A stretch of 64,000 bases of DNA from Haliotis cracherodii. Taxonomy: Eukaryota. The position numbers and the translations under genes were made by a program. Shown here piece by piece: positions 23,801 to 38,433 of the stretch. The stretch spans positions 1,612,001 to 1,676,000 of the forward strand of contig NW_027266266.1 of NCBI RefSeq assembly GCF_022045235.1, read 5' to 3'. Numbering within the stretch: the stretch's first letter is position 1; every line of letters starts with the position of its first letter. Below the pieces are notes generated by a model. That model was not told the DNA's origin and searched no databases. It saw only the letters and a program-made list of their open reading frames with translations.

Positions 23801-26800
23801 GGATGATATTAGTTACATCTCTTCGTGTTTAGACTAACATGCTCTAAGATATTTGTGAATTTGTTTCGCTATTCATACTTAAAACTGAAACATTAAAATA
23901 TGCATTGAACTGGAACACATAATTAGTGAGTGAGTGAGTTGTGTAAAGCTTTTTCTAATTATTGGTCCAGTTATCAGTACACAAGTATATTTTTCACTGA
24001 ATTGGTTATGATTATGATAACAGAAACGTTCCAATTTTTAAACGGCGTGTCAGCTTAATGTGGAAGGAAAGCCCTAAATGATGCAGGTCTTAAATGTTTA
24101 CCACTTTGGTGAAACCCACGAGCACGGGTATGGTGCTGACAAACCTACAAACATAATCGGGGCGAACTGGGATTCGAACTCACAATCATAGGTTTCTGGC
24201 GTGCCCAAGGGACACAACTCTGCACAGCGAAACGACTGGGCCACCCGTGCCCTCCGAACACATAATGAATTACATGATTTATACAGTGAGAAATAAGTGT
24301 CAGTATTATCAGTCCACTGTTTGTATTGTTTGCATTGTTTTGTCGGTCAACAGATTTGAACGTTACGCCGAATACGTGCTCGTCCGATTAAGAAATGACA
24401 ATTATATTGATAATGATGCATGTAAATTATGCAGACAAACGTTATACAAAATACAAAATAGTGATTGATTAGATATGTGTATCTATCTTAAGTCAGATAT
24501 ACGACGCTTGAGAGCGTCATTAACCAGTATATTCATTCCTTGGACAATAGAAAGTGGATGTGTTGTAAATTTCATTTAAAAACCCTAAACTCTCACAATT
24601 TCCTTCATTCTTACTGTCTTCAGAAATTAAATTCAATGCTAATGTGCTTCTAAAATATAGTTCAACAGATGTTAAGTCGGATTTCCCGACATATTTGTGC
24701 TTATTTGTAAATATCTACCACAGTGAGTCAAACTGATAGACTAACAGACAGATGCACAAACAAAAACTATACTTAAAATATACATACAATATAAGGATGA
24801 CAGCTGATTTAACATATGTTGGATGCCTCTCCATATGTGTAGTGTATCCAAGTACACATATCAACTGTGATAACACCATTGTCACAGCGATGGGAGCGGT
24901 GAGGTAACCTAGTGGTTAAAGCATTCGCTCCTTACTGAAGACCCAAGTTTGATTCCCCACATGGGTACAATGTGTGAAGCTCTGCTGTCCCCACCATGAT
25001 ATTGCTGGAATATTGCTAACAGCGGCACAAAACCATAACGTGATCAAATTACTATATACAAACTTTGTTTTGAGTTTTGTAGGTGCTTCCGTGAAGAAAA
25101 ACAATACTGATGTCATTACTCCATGCTCGGCTTCCACGAACCGGCAGTTTCTGCATGAGCTTAGGTCATTGCTGAGCTTCTATCTGGGGAAGAAGGTTCT
25201 ACAGCCAGTGACCTCCACTCCAATAAGTAGGAGCTCGGGTAAACACGCCTTTGTGTTTCTGTGTATGTTTAGTCTTTGATGTCAGGAAGGGATATATAAG
25301 ATAGTGATTTCAATACTTGATCATTGTTTTCAATTCATGAAAATTATGTTGCCGACGTCTGTATTCAACCGTTTACACTATCTCATGTACTTTGAATAAT
25401 ACAGCAAAAATGCGAAAAGTATAAAATATGCATGTCTCTCCCCGCCATGTATTTATTTGTCTGTACTGGAATCTATGTGTTTTTTTCAGGTGGAGGAGCT
25501 GTGTTCACTCGGTGGGGAAAGACAACATGTCCGTCAGGAAATGATGTCATGTATAAAGGTGAAGCATTTCGAGAGATACTTTTGCGGAGCGTCAAAAGGA
25601 AGTAAATAAGTTGTTTTTTTCAAATGGGGTCATAAATGTGTTTGATTTTATGACATTATAAAACTTGTCAGGGTGTCAGTTGAATCAAAGTAAACTTATT
25701 AAATGGAAGAGTATGTCAACTCTTGAGTAGGGCTCTGTTTTGCCTTTGTTCGTTATAATATATAAAGGCCAATATCGAATATACTCCATTTCATGTATGA
25801 ACAATCATGAATGTACTTTACACGAATTGTTTTCGATCAATATTTATCAGTATATAAATCACATATAAGATATGTATTTTGAATACCTAACGCTGCTGTG
25901 CATTCGATTCCCTATTTAATCTTGCACGGTTAAATCTACTGGTAACCTAGCTCTACACTGGAGACACAGTATGCTTATCTTCATTCTTATATCAAAAGCA
26001 ATCTCTTTGGTGTCAGCGATGTTATTAATAAGGTGAGATAAGATGAGCTTTAACGTTGTGTTCAAGATGATTGAACTTGTATAGCGACGTGAATACACAC
26101 ATTCTATGTGTGGCTGCGAGTTCTGACTGATGCCAGTTTCATAGTGTTACCCTACAGAGATACCATGCTTCATGCATACCTCACTTAGATGCATATAATA
26201 CCTGCCAGTCCTTGTTTTATCCCCTTTGAAGCTCGTTCACGAAGATTTCGAAGAGCATCAGAGAAAGCAGATTATAGAGTTCTGATACAACTTCAGTAAA
26301 CATGCCATGCCCAAGGTAGCAGCCCAGCATTATGTTCGGGAAGCATATCCATATTTCTGGTGTCAGCAGTCTCTGCTGGCAAACATTTTTACCGTTATCT
26401 CGTGATATTTCTCGATATAAGGATCACGTGGCCACGTTTATCACGCTGAAAATAGTGTTCGCATTTGCTTACACACGTATGTTGTACTTGGTTTAAATGA
26501 TGTACACTCGCCTGTTGCTGTGAGATTTCACGTCATTTTATCCATATGAGATATCAACGTACTTTGTACATGGTCTACATTCGCGGTTGCTGGTAGAAGT
26601 GGACATGCGTACCCATTCTGCGAACATCAATATTTTTCAGCTATCCATCTACATAATTTCACTACTATTTTGCCTTTTACACCCAATGGAATCTGTTTCT
26701 GTGAACAATCGAAATTGAGTATTCTCGGGCGTTGACGTTTTATATTTGTAAAAGGGTAAGCTTTCAGATGAAAAATGATCAATAGAATTCACCTCTTGTC

Positions 26801-27423
26801 TTGCCAAAGACTCAGTAAATTGATAAACTAAGACTTATGAATTCATTTACAATATGATGAGCACAAGTATTCTCTAAATTATTTGGTTTCCAGGCAACTA
26901 TTTGATTTGACTAAAACACAAGTAAATGCTAGTCCCTTTCAATCTCCCAGGTTATGCAGGTGGAAGCCATTACCAGGCCAAGGGTGGACCAGGGACAACT
27001 CTGTGCCTTCCTGACTCTCCGATCTACGCCAATCATTCTACCGCTGATTCACACAGTTATCTTTATGGAACTGAGTATCAACTTAATTATCCCTCTCTTC
27101 CACTACGAAACATGTATGAACACGATGTCCCTTGTGTGGTGTGCCACAGTCGTCGAAGGAGGAGTGCTGTCATGGTCCCTGCCAGGAATGATTGCTTCCC
27201 TGAGTGGCATCTTGAATACAAGGGGTACCTCTTCGGGGGAGCCACTTCACACCCAGGTTCAGGTGATTACGTGTGTGTAGATGAAGACCCAGAATCCATA
27301 AAGGGAGGCCATGCAAACAAAGACGGACATCTCCTGTACCTGGTCGAGTCTATCTGTGGTGCCCTGCCATGTCCACCATATGTTAATGGCTGGGAGATGA
27401 CCTGTGCTGTTTGTACAAAATAA
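20847..27423 (+). CDS. G2: secreted spongin short-chain-collagen-related (C4-like NC1 domain) protein, 253 aa. join(20847-20910,25083-25238,25490-25558,26951-27423)
   Basis: All GT-AG, phase-1 introns and an uninterrupted frame: MKSMTMLHKTFMLLLCLELVAG + ASVKKNNTDVITPCSASTNRQFLHELRSLLSFYLGKKVLQPVTSTPISRSSG + GGAVFTRWGKTTCP.. + ..CGALPCPPYVNGWEMTCAVCTK. Motif and Cys pattern match the sponge short-chain collagen C-terminal domain family. Confidence 0.9.
23167..23560. mobile_element. Non-autonomous MITE-like element with internal purine-rich GAGAAAGCRATA tandem repeats, in G2 intron 1
   Basis: Start TATGGTGGCTGAGGGGGAACATCG is close to the reverse complement of CGATGTCCCCTCTCGGCTACCATA, which ends related GAGAAAG-containing pieces at ~3285-3338 and ~50130-50177. 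Confidence 0.5.
24038..24255 (-). mobile_element. tRNA-derived SINE (family C); internally deleted + strand copy at ~34475-34582
   Basis: Minus strand has GGTGGCCCAGTCG (A-box-like) and GAGTTCGAATCCC (B box). Body GTGCTCGTGGGTTTCACCAAAG..CACATTAAGCTGACACGCCGTT is shared with the 34.5 kb copy. Confidence 0.65.
24892..25040 (+). mobile_element. tRNA-derived SINE (family A), ~40 bp upstream of G2 exon 2
   Basis: GGTAACCTAGTGGTTAAAGC..GATTCCCCACATGGGTACAATGTGTGAAGC..GATATTGCTGGAATATTGCTAACAGCGGC. Confidence 0.82.
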
Positions 27424-28704
27424 AACACTCCATATAGACCATATTATCTGTCAAATATGTACATTAACTGTGTCTTACATACATCCGATATACACATTCC
27501 GCTTTCATTAGACTAACGATATCCATTTAAAACTGAGAAGATCCGGGATAGAATAGGTCTTCAGCAACCCATGCTTGCCGTGACAGGCGACTATTTTTGT
27601 CGTAAGATCCGACTTAAGGCTTAAACAACAAACAAACCAAACAAACACACCATTTAACTCTGTGTATGTAAGTTTATTGAAGTGCATGAGGCACAAATGA
27701 TAGCATTTGGTTGTCTCATTATGTAAGGACAGACTGACCACGTTGACCAGTCAGTTTAGTTATTTTGTGCTGAAGGTCATAGCTGAAAACTTTCTCAATC
27801 CATAGAGAATACTACACTATTCTCGTTAGATACCATTTTTAAGAAACGATTGGACTTTCTATGGTATCTAACCGAGTGAAAGCAAGGTCAAATACCAGAG
27901 AATGTTCACGAATGAATATTGGCATATGCCAAAATATGAGCATTGTTGACATTTCTATGCATACGCATTAACAACATGCTCCTACTGTTGTGTATGCAAA
28001 TATAACAGCGTCGGCGTTCAAGATGCTTTTTGAACTCTGGACACTTATGACAAAACTACAGTTTCTTACCAAGTCTGTGTTAATATAAACCTTTTCTAAA
28101 AGAGTTTGGATGTTAATTATATATCTTGTCGGTAGTTACAAACCTTTACAAAACCCTTCAACTGATGTGAAATGTATTGTTTCATAACACAAGAGACATA
28201 ATGTACTCATGACGTGCATTCAAAACTATGGATAGCTGCAAACTGTGTCAGCATTAGAGAAATTCCTGGCTGAATCGACAGAAGCACTGATTGGGTAAAC
28301 GAGTTATTTTACGTCGCTTAAGACAATACCCAAGACACATCTCAAGATGCAAACTGTGTGAGCATTATAGAAATTCACCATTGAATCGACAGAAGCACTG
28401 ATTGGGTAAACGAGTTATTTTACGACGCTTAAGACAATACCCTATTCATATCACTGTGGAAAATATAATGATAACGTAACAGAGCCAAACTATGTGTGGA
28501 AGTCACAGGTAGATTCAGTCATCAAATGCTCGAAAACAGTGATATTCCTGATGTGTTGGTAAAGTATGGCCTTTGTCAACACACCCAACATCATCTGTGA
28601 CACGTGGAACTGCTATGAAGGGTAGCGCTATTGTTATCAGTGACTTATTTCATCATTGATACGTCACTTGTCACCATGAATTCATACGACTACTATACAA
28701 AGTA

Positions 28705-29095
28705 GACTCACGAATCCAACGTCGGCTTTCTTCCAGCTGGAGAGGTGCAGCTATGTTTATGGTAGTGAAGACCAATTTCATTTTGTTCTTCCTTTGTATA
28801 AAATATTTCACCCGGATGTACCATTTACCGTCACAGGTGGAGCGTGTCCTGGTCCGTGCCAGGAGCGAGTGCTTTCCTGGGTCTTATTTTGGAACGGTGT
28901 CTCTGTGGTAACTGGTGCACACAATAGATTCTGTTCTTTTCACAGTGGATGTCTGAACACAGGTATGTATAATAGCACAGCTTGTAATACAAAAAGGCAG
29001 ATACAGAAGTTAACTGGCGTTCAGTATGGTGGGGTACTCGTTTGCTAAAATGGTCCCATAATAGAGTCACATATGTTGTGTCGTTTTTACTTAAA
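28705..29095 (+). pseudogene. Decayed last-exon remnant of the older paralog (copy b, longest)
   Basis: SYVYGSEDQFHFVLPLYKIFHPDVP, then after a frameshift RHRWS..ARSECFPG, versus SYLYGTEYQ..LPLRNMYEHDVP..RHRRS..ARNECFPQ. The 3' part (Q(Y/C)GGVL..VTYVV) is a weaker match. Confidence 0.75.
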
Positions 29096-31089
29096 AGCAA
29101 GTAACGTACTCGATGATTCTATAATGAAGCGTCCCAGCCTTAAAGTAATGAGTCCAATTTTAATCGTTCTGTTTAATAGTGATCTAAGCCTAATAGGCAA
29201 GAGCCCTATTGTAATCGTTTTGTTTATTAGACATCCAAGCCCAATATATAGGCAAGAGCCTTATTGTAATCGTTCTGTTTATTAGTGATCTAAGCTCAAT
29301 AGGCAAGAGGCCTGTTGTCATCGTTGTGGTTATCACTTATTTCTATTTATTATTTATTATTCCGCAGTTTGTTTTGTACAAGAGATAACCCAACAACCCA
29401 TCATCAGCATCTGGACATTATGTGAAGCAGATCACACAAAGATCCCAAGACTCTGGGCCCAACGTCCAATAGCAGGCACTTCCAAAATAATTAACTAAAA
29501 GCAACTAAACCAGAAACTAATGGTCCATTAGAGAAAACGTATTATTTTTATTAAAGATAGGGAGTGACAAACTAGATCCATGTAGCGGGAATTACTATGA
29601 CCTTTGTACATTATTAACCAAAAGCCATATAACTTTCAATCTAACTGATTGTTCTTGAGGGATATGTTCCTTTGGTCACATATATTCCGAATAAATAAGT
29701 GATGTACTTAAATCTATGCAATAAATTGAGCTATACCATACTTTCGGTTGAAAAGTTCCAGGCAGGCAGTTCCTAGTTTGAAATAAATAAAAGTATAGGT
29801 GCATTTGTTTTATGTCTAAACCGAGATAGGGCCACGGGACTTCAGATATATGGATTTAATGCTGTAAGAACGTATTTTCTATTTCCGGAAGTTAGAAAAT
29901 TCAAACACTAATAGTTTTCTTGTAAAACGAACTACAAGCTTGGGACTTTTTTACTTTATTACGTTTTTTTATTAAACCTCAAATGACAGAATTCAAAGAC
30001 AGAAAGTACTAATAATTTTGTTATAAATCGAGCTAGAACTATTTGACTTTATAATTTAAGATGTCAAGTTTGCATACAATTTTCTTTCGGAACCAGAAGT
30101 GATTTACTCTTTAAGCAACTAGAGGAGTATCTCATGGCAACATGTATCTCACTAAAAAATAGCATCTACATGAGCTTACAGAAAACTTTGTAAGTGGTCC
30201 AACTGATTTACACACAGGGGTCGCTGTCTGATTTTACATCATATCAAGAGAGTTTGGCAAGTACATTGTTTTAGAATCAAGGGAAATTTAAAAGTCAATG
30301 CCAGAGAGGAATCAGTGTCGATTAACTTCCGAAACAAATTCCATTGGGCATAAATTAAGAATTAAATAAATGGATAACTGGAAATCTCTTCTCTACGGAG
30401 CTGTACAAGTATCACCATGTGTCATCATTTCCGAGGGCTGATCAATGTCCACCCAAAGTCATGTTGCTGGTATTTTCAAGCAACACATAACCCAAATTGG
30501 ACATTTAAGTTGTAGCTCAACAAGAATAGAGAAATATATTTTAAGATCTATGCACAAAGAATCAGAGTGCCTAAAAATATATGCGCAAATATATGACCAG
30601 ACGGATTACTTCAACTAGTCAACATTCGCTACATGTTGGAGCCATTTCAAGCAGCTTGAACCTTTAGTTTCAACATTTCACAACTTAAGATACAATCGAG
30701 CATGCCCTTTCTTCGAATCTTTCAAAGAGCGTCATACAGGTCCTACAGCTCAAAAGTTGTTTGATCAAGGTCAAAAGATTCAAGGCCTTAGTAAAGCTTT
30801 CAGAACGTTTTAGGGTGCACATGTGAAGGGCAGTTCTCAATTTGATTTTAGTGATTTTACTATGCTTCAGTGTAACGGAACAATGCTGATCCGTTCATAC
30901 AGAAGGCATAGACAGCTTACATCGAGGCTCAAATATATACGACACATCTATTTTCCTATTCCTGAGACATTCCTGCTGAAAGCATCATCAATTCTCTATT
31001 GAATTACATTATCTCAGTGTAATCCTTCATTCATCCTGTAGTACTGATAGTCAATATGTAAAGACGATTTCATCCGGCACCTGACATGA

Positions 31090-31495
31090 CACGTCGGATT
31101 TGTAGCTACCACAATAACCACCGTCACATCGCGCATTTAGACGTTGCTATCACATGTCCAAGGAGGTATATGTGATTTGTAGCTTCCACAATAGCCACCA
31201 TCACAAAGCGAAGTAATTCGTTGTTATCACACGTCCAAGGAGGTATATGTGATTTGTAACTTCCACAATAGCCACTGTCGCATCACGCAGTAACTCGTTG
31301 TCTCACGCCCAAGGGGGTATATGTGATTTGTAGCTACTTCAATAACCACCGTCACATCGTGCAATATGTCTTTGTTATCACACGTCCAAGGAGGTATTTG
31401 TGATTTGTAACTTCCACAATTAGCCACCGTCACATCACGCAGTAAGTCGTTGTTATCACACGTCCAAGGGGATATATGTGATTTGCCGCTTCTGT
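31090..31495. repeat. Diverged 77-bp satellite family, ~5 monomers
   Basis: TTATCACACGTCCAAGGAGGTATATGTGATTTGTA(A/G)CTTCCACAATAGCCAC repeated at ~77-bp spacing. Confidence 0.85.
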
Positions 31496-31544
31496 AATGA
31501 GCACTTTAAGCATTCAATCTGGGTTTTCACCATCTAACACCGCC

Positions 31545-33470
31545 TACTCTGGTATGTTCATCACCGACTGCCCTGTCATAGGTGTGCTCATGTCCAGTCG
31601 CCATGACATGTGTTTACTCATGACTGACTGCCATGACATTGGTGTGCTCATGCCTGGCCGCCCTGATAATGGTGTACTCATAACTGACTGCCATGAGATT
31701 GGTGTACTCTTGCCTGGCCGCCATGACATCGGTGTGCTAATGCCCGTCCACCATGACATTGATGTGTTCATGACTGACTGTCATGACATTGGTGTACTCA
31801 TGACTGACTGCCATGACATTGGTGTGCTAATGACTGCCATGACATTGGTGTGCTCATGCCTGACTACCTAGACATTGATGTGTTCATGACTGACCGCTAT
31901 GACATTGGTGTGCTAATGACTGCCATGACATTGGCGTACTCATGACTGACTGTCATGACCTTGGTGTACTCATGACTGACTGCCATGACATTGGTGTACT
32001 CATGACTGACTGTCATGACCTTGGTGTACTCATGACTGACTGTCATGACATTGGTGTGGTCATGACTGACTGCCATGACCTTGATGTACTCATGACTGAC
32101 TGCCATGACATTGGTGTGGTCATGACTGACTGCCATGACATTGGTGTGGTCATGACTGACTGCCATGACATTGGTGTACTCATGACTGACTGTCATGACA
32201 TTGGTGTGGTCATGACTGACTGCCATGACCTTGGTGTACTCATGACTGACTGTCATGACCTTGATGTACTCATGACTGACTGCCATGACATTGGTGTGGT
32301 CATGACTGACTGCCATGACATTGGTGTACTCATGACTGACTGTCATGACATTGGTGTGGTCATGACTGACTGCCATGACCTTGGTGTACTCATGACTGAC
32401 TGCCATGACCTTGGTGTGGTCATGACTGACTGCCATGACCTTGGTGTGCTCATGACTGACTGCCATGACATTGGTGTGGTCATGACTGACTGCCTTGACA
32501 TTGGTGTTGTCATGACTGACTGCCATGATATTGGTGTACTCATGACTGACTGCCATGACATTGGTGTGCTAATGACTGCCATGACATTTGTGTGCTCATG
32601 CCTGACTACCTAGACATTGATGTGTTCATGACTGACCGCTATGACATTGGTGTGCTAATGACTGCCATGACATTGGCGTACTCATGACTGACTGTCATGA
32701 CCTTGGTGTACTCATGACTGACTGTCATGACATTGGTGTGGTCATGACTGACTGCCATGACCTTGATGTACTCATGACTGACTGCCATGACATTGGTGTG
32801 GTCATGACTGACTGCCATGACATTGGTGTACTCATGACTGACTGTCATGACATTGATGTGGTCATGACTGACTGCCATGCCCTTGGTGTACTCATGACTG
32901 ACTGCCATGATATTGGTGTGGTCATGACTGACTGCCTTGACATTGGTGTTGTCATGACTGACTGCCATGATATTGGTGTGGTCATGACTGACTGCCATGA
33001 CATTGGTGTACTCATGGTTGACTGACATGACATTGGTGTGGTCATGACTGACTGCCATGACATTGGTGTACTCATGACTGACTGCCATGACATTGGTGTG
33101 ATCATGACTGACTGCCATGACCTTGGTGTGCTCATGACTGACTGCCATGACATTGGTGTGGTCATGACTGACTGCCATGACCTTGGTGTGCTCATGACTG
33201 GCTGCCATGACATTGGTGTGGTCATGACTGACTGCCATGACATTGGTGTGGTCATGACTGACTGCCATGACATTGGTGTGCTCATGACTGACTGCCATGA
33301 CCTTGGTGTGCTCATGACTGACTACCTAGACATGGATGTGTTCATGCCTGGCCGCCATGACATTGGTGTACTCATGACTGCCATGACATTTATGTGCTCA
33401 TGACTGACTACCTGGACATTGATGTGTTCATGACTGACCGTGTGCTATTTCTGTGCTCATGACTGACTGC
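31545..33470. repeat. 30-bp minisatellite (GACATTGGTGT(GG/AC)TCATGACTGACTGCCAT), ~60 units, with a 742-bp higher-order duplication
   Basis: Direct inspection. The irregular block at ~31830-31940 recurs 742 bp later (ORFs 31897 and 32639). Confidence 0.97.
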
Positions 33471-34385
33471 CAACTCTGTGAGTCTCCTACACCAATTACT
33501 GACAACTCCGAGTGTGTTTCCAACAACACTACGGACAACTCGATGTATATCCGACAACACTACTGACAACTATGTGTGCCTCCTACAACAATACTCCATA
33601 TGTGTCTCCTACAACGATACTGACACCTCAGTTTGTGTCTCCTACAACAATACTCACGACTCCATGTGTCTCCAACAACAATACTGACAACTCAGTAGGT
33701 CTCCCACAACAATACTCACAACTCCGTGTGTGTCTCCTACAACAATATTAAAACTCCGTGTGTGACTCCCACAAGAATACTTACAACTCCGTTCGTCTCC
33801 TAGAACAGTACAGTCAACATCGTGTGTGTCTCCTACAACGATACATACATCTACGTGTGTGTCTCCTACAACAATACTGATTACTCCGTGTGTGTCTCCT
33901 ACAACAATACTGACATCTCCGTTTGTCTCCTACAACAATACTGACATCTCCGTGTGTCTCCCACAACAATACTGATTACTCCGTGTGTGTCTCCTACAAC
34001 AGAACTGACAACTCCGTTTGTCTCCCACAACAATACTGACATCTCTCTGTGCACTCCCTACAACAATTCTGACAACTCTCTGTGCACCCCCTACAACAAT
34101 ACTGACAACTCTGCGTGTGTCTCCTACGACAATACTGCACCCCCTACAACAATACTGACAACTCTCTGTGCACTCCCTACAACAATTCTGACAACTCTCT
34201 GTGCACCCCCTACAACAATACTGACAACTCTGCGTGTGTCTCCTACGACAATACTGACAACTCTGTGTGTGTCTCCTACAACAATACTTACAGCTCGGTG
34301 TGTGTCTCCTACGACAATACTGACAACTCTGTGTGTGTCTCCTACAACAATACTGACAATTCCGTGTCCATACAACTACAGTACT
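33470..34385. repeat. 33-bp minisatellite (ACTGACAACTCYGTGTGTGTCTCCTACAACAAT)
   Basis: Same family as 17480-18940; directly abuts the 30-bp array. Confidence 0.94.
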
Positions 34386-35839
34386 CACAATAACGTACGT
34401 GCGCTACAATACGACCACATTGCTGACACGTATGTATACAACTCACCTCCGACTCCCCCCACTCACTGAAATAGGGGGCACTGGAGGCCCAGTCGTGCTC
34501 GTGGGTTTCACCAAAGAGGTAAACGCCTGAGACCTGCATCACTTCGGGCTTAACTCTCACATTAAGCTGACACGCCGTTAAATAGCTGCGTCAAACACAA
34601 CTCACTCACTCACTCACTCACTCTCTGAAATAATTTCGGAGAATTTCTTTGATGACATTACCATCGCACAGAACATATTTTTAAGAAATAAAACATATCC
34701 AGGCATCATCTGTTGTCTTCTAGGTGATGCTTAGGACCCGGCAGAGTTATAGTGAAATCACTACAACGAAGCCAACAGTTAATGCCTATACATGATAATT
34801 ATAGTTCGATTCCACTAATCCCTGGACTGCCTTGTAACTTATGTATTAGACTACACATTTTATCATGACTATTATTATTATGACTATCATGATTATTCGA
34901 CAAACAGATCTATCAGCTGATAGCTTTACCCCTCACGTTTAGTTCCCTCACTGTCGATAATTCCCGTCTTGTATATCAAATAGGATTAAAATAAACTTAA
35001 CACAAACAAAACATAAGGGAACCAGAATGCACAGAATTCATGACTGTAATAGTACATTGTTGACATGACAGGTGCGTTACACAGTTGAAGCGTTCGGAAT
35101 ATTGATGATATATAACTGAACATGTGTTCCCTATACAAACAGCGAACATCCGGGTGAGATTTAACATGGTATATCACCTTGTATGATTTACTGTTGAGTC
35201 GTTTGGATTGCACCATTAAAATATATTGGATGTTTGACTTGAGCAGTAATAGTTGGACATGTTCACGCAGGCTGATAGAGAATGATGTATAAATCATACA
35301 TGGATGATTGTGACGCTGGCAGTCAACTATCATCAAATGTGTTTTTTCTGTGTTGTTGTACATTGTAACAGATGAGATTTAGCTTTAAGAAACCTTACAT
35401 GTATTTCTGTTATTGCTGACACGATATCTACCAAAATGGCATGTTTGTGTAATTGCTTGCATGAAACTCACGATCAGAAAAGACCAGTAGATAGTGCTTA
35501 GTAACGGATGAAGCTTAGCTTTATAACTTCCGTTATTGCTGACTCGAAGATTGTGTAATTGTTTAGTTGAGGCTCAGAAAAGATGAAAAGCCCTGAAAAT
35601 AATAAACATTTTTTTGTGAAATATAAAGCACAATTTTCAAATAACTCACAATACCAATGTTCGAAGGTATAAATAAGCTATTCTAAGGAGAATGTCTCAT
35701 CTTCCTTATCAAATGTCGTCTTACACTCCTGGCATGGTCCGCCTTACATTTTGCACGTGGGCATTCTACAGTGTAATAGAAACACTTAGTCTATACACAG
35801 ACAGTCTCACATACAGATGATATGTGATCTTGTAAGACA

Positions 35840-35970
35840 GGGGCGATGGGGTAGTTTAGTGGCTAAAGCGTTCGCTCGCCACGCCGAAGACCAGGGTTCG
35901 ATCTCCCACATTAGTATTCGTGTCCCTCGCCGTGTAATTGCTAAAATCGGCATAAAACAATACTCACTCA
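35840..35970 (+). mobile_element. tRNA-derived SINE (family A), internally deleted; paralogous copy at ~55546-55712
   Basis: GGGGCGATGGGGTAGTTTAGTGGCTAAAGCGTTCGCTCGCCACGCCGAAGACCAGGGTTCGATC..ACTCACTCA tail. Confidence 0.8.
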
Positions 35971-36245
35971 TTGACAATACTGCATGAAAAAAGCAAACCA
36001 TGCAACAAACGTCATCCAACGGGTAACAGGTACAATGTTCATTTTGACAGCATAGTAAGCGTCTGTGTACATACTGGCATTCTGGTAAACATTCTGGGCA
36101 CCAATTTATCTTCCCGTCTTGGTGTTCTGTTTCTTTTTGCTTCGGAAACGGAATTTATGCTCGGATTGGCAAAGTAAAATGAATTTGGCCAAGGAGTTTA
36201 ACTTAAGCTTCAGTTATATCAATAACCATCATCTTTAGATCTATG

Positions 36246-36352
36246 TGTGAAGCCCATTTCTGGTGTCCCCCGCCGTTATATTGCTGGAATATTGCTAAAA
36301 GCGGCGTAAAACCATACTCACTCACTCACTCACTCACTCACTCACTCACTCA
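36246..36352 (+). mobile_element. 5'-truncated family A SINE with (ACTC)n tail and 13-bp TSD
   Basis: CTTTAGATCTATG at 36233-36245 and 36353-36365 flanks TGTGAAGCCCATTTCTGG..GCGGCGTAAAACCAT(ACTC)n. Confidence 0.88.
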
Positions 36353-38433
36353 CTTTAGATCTATGCACAAAGATTCAGTGACAAAACACTCTCCACAAGA
36401 CTTTATGACTTCAACTTTCCTGCCTTTTGTGTCTGCATTTCACAACTTTTGAGGTATAATCTATCATGCTCTTTCTACCAAGATGTCAAAGAGCGTTATA
36501 CAACTCTTGCTCAAAAGCAATTTCATCCAGATTACAATTTTCAAGGCCCCAGTTTTATGGTAGACATATAGAGGACATTTCCAAATTTTGACGCATAAGT
36601 GAGAATTGACTTGGGTTTGCATGTGTTTGTGATGGGTGCCAGGATACACTCACCGTTTCGCGAACACCTGGTATCATCACTATTTGATAGCGATTCATAA
36701 ATGCAAACATACATATGCCGATTTCTTATAAACATGGAAACGGTTTTCTTTCTTTTATTATCATGTGGCGTGCACTTAGATAAGTTTGTGAATGAAGCCC
36801 CCGATGGGGCAGGATACGCTAACACTAGGTCTCATCAAAATTTGATAGCTATTCATAAACACATGCCCATTACAGCCGGAAACGTACCTTCAACTCTGAT
36901 TTTAACAGAGACTTCTTGTGGTTATGGAAAGGGACATTTCCCTTTTATTAATACTTATTAAGTATTCACGAGAGTGGCGTTAGGCCTAAAACAAAATAAC
37001 TACATTGTTTTAAGAAACGTTTATGAGTAGCGGGACATGCTCACCTTTTTTCGCGAATCGAAATCATCCATTCGTTAATTAGAATTTTCACCACTATGTT
37101 GCCTTTCAATCCCAATGGACTTTGGTCAGATAATCGCGACTCGTTATTCTCAAGCGTTGACGTTTTATATGCGTTAGGGGATAACTTTCAACATGAATCT
37201 CTCACTTGTGGGAAGTATTGAAATAGATTACAAACAACCCTCTTGTTTTGTACCGTGTCCGTGTCTGCATAAACAACACAAATGGTTATGTATGTTTATG
37301 GACGCTCTTATCATACATTTTCGTTCACTTGATAATGATATGCTAGTATTTCACACAGAAAATAAATTTGGTTGATTTATTGAACTGTCAAATAAGAAGA
37401 CCATTCCTTTCCGTTCTTGTGTTTAGTTTACCGTTAACAAAATCCATTATCCAAAACATAACCATCTGTCTCCCGAAAACTGACCAACGGTAATGTTAGC
37501 TAAATAAGCCAGCATGTTGCATACTCTATTAGACAAGAGTTTCCGAATGTGCAGTTATCCCATTACCATAAGGATTCCAACGATACCTTCAGCTGATATA
37601 TTGTTCGGACTTTTCATAATGAGTTATTTAGTTTGGTTATTGAGACATGCAATTGGCACATGGAAAAAAACAATAACATTTGAAGTCATTGTTGTATAGC
37701 ATAACGTCGTCACAAACTTGAAGGTGAAGAAACATGCTCGCGTGTGGTGTGTATGCTAAGTGCTGTGGCAGAGGCAATGCTACATTTATTACCAACAGCT
37801 GTCACTTGCTGGTTTTGTGAACACAGCCATTAAGGCCTGTGTTGAACAATACATGACGTGTGAAGCAATCAGGGCCAGGTGTGAGCATGTGTATCATGTA
37901 GTGTACTACAGCACTGTAATTACACCACAGCATGATGTGTGTCCTGTCATGGTCTCATCTTCTGATACTCATTCATCAATAATTAAACACAGATAATATC
38001 AACATTTCATCATGCATCAGTTACACATCTTTATTTAACATACAAAACAAAAACGAATGGCAGTGTTTTCCACATAAGATAAAATGAATGACCAAACATT
38101 TAATACATGGTATGGATATTTTCGGAGGTATAAACATAAGTTATTTAGCCTCAGCTCGTACGTGTTGGATAAAATGCATTTTCAACTGATACCTCTGAGT
38201 GATTGAGTGGGAATGGATTTTCGCCCTTTTCAGCTATATTCCAACACCATCACAGCTGGAGACACCCCGTACGGGCCGACTGATGATTAGGTCACACTTT
38301 ACACGAGTGGGATATTTATCTTTTAAACAACTGTGATGTTTGGTAACATTTGTTCAGAAACATTCGAGTAGGTGTTAGGTCCTGGTAGATGAGTATATAT
38401 GTCTCCCCTCTCTACCTTCACTGTCGGTGTTGA

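Noticed and set aside
31897-33403. Long (MTDCHDIGVV)n and (MAVSHDHTNV)n ORFs that look like metal-binding repeat proteins
   Set aside because: They arise from a 30-bp unit open on both strands. Paralogous arrays give different peptides, and no signal peptide or splice context was seen.
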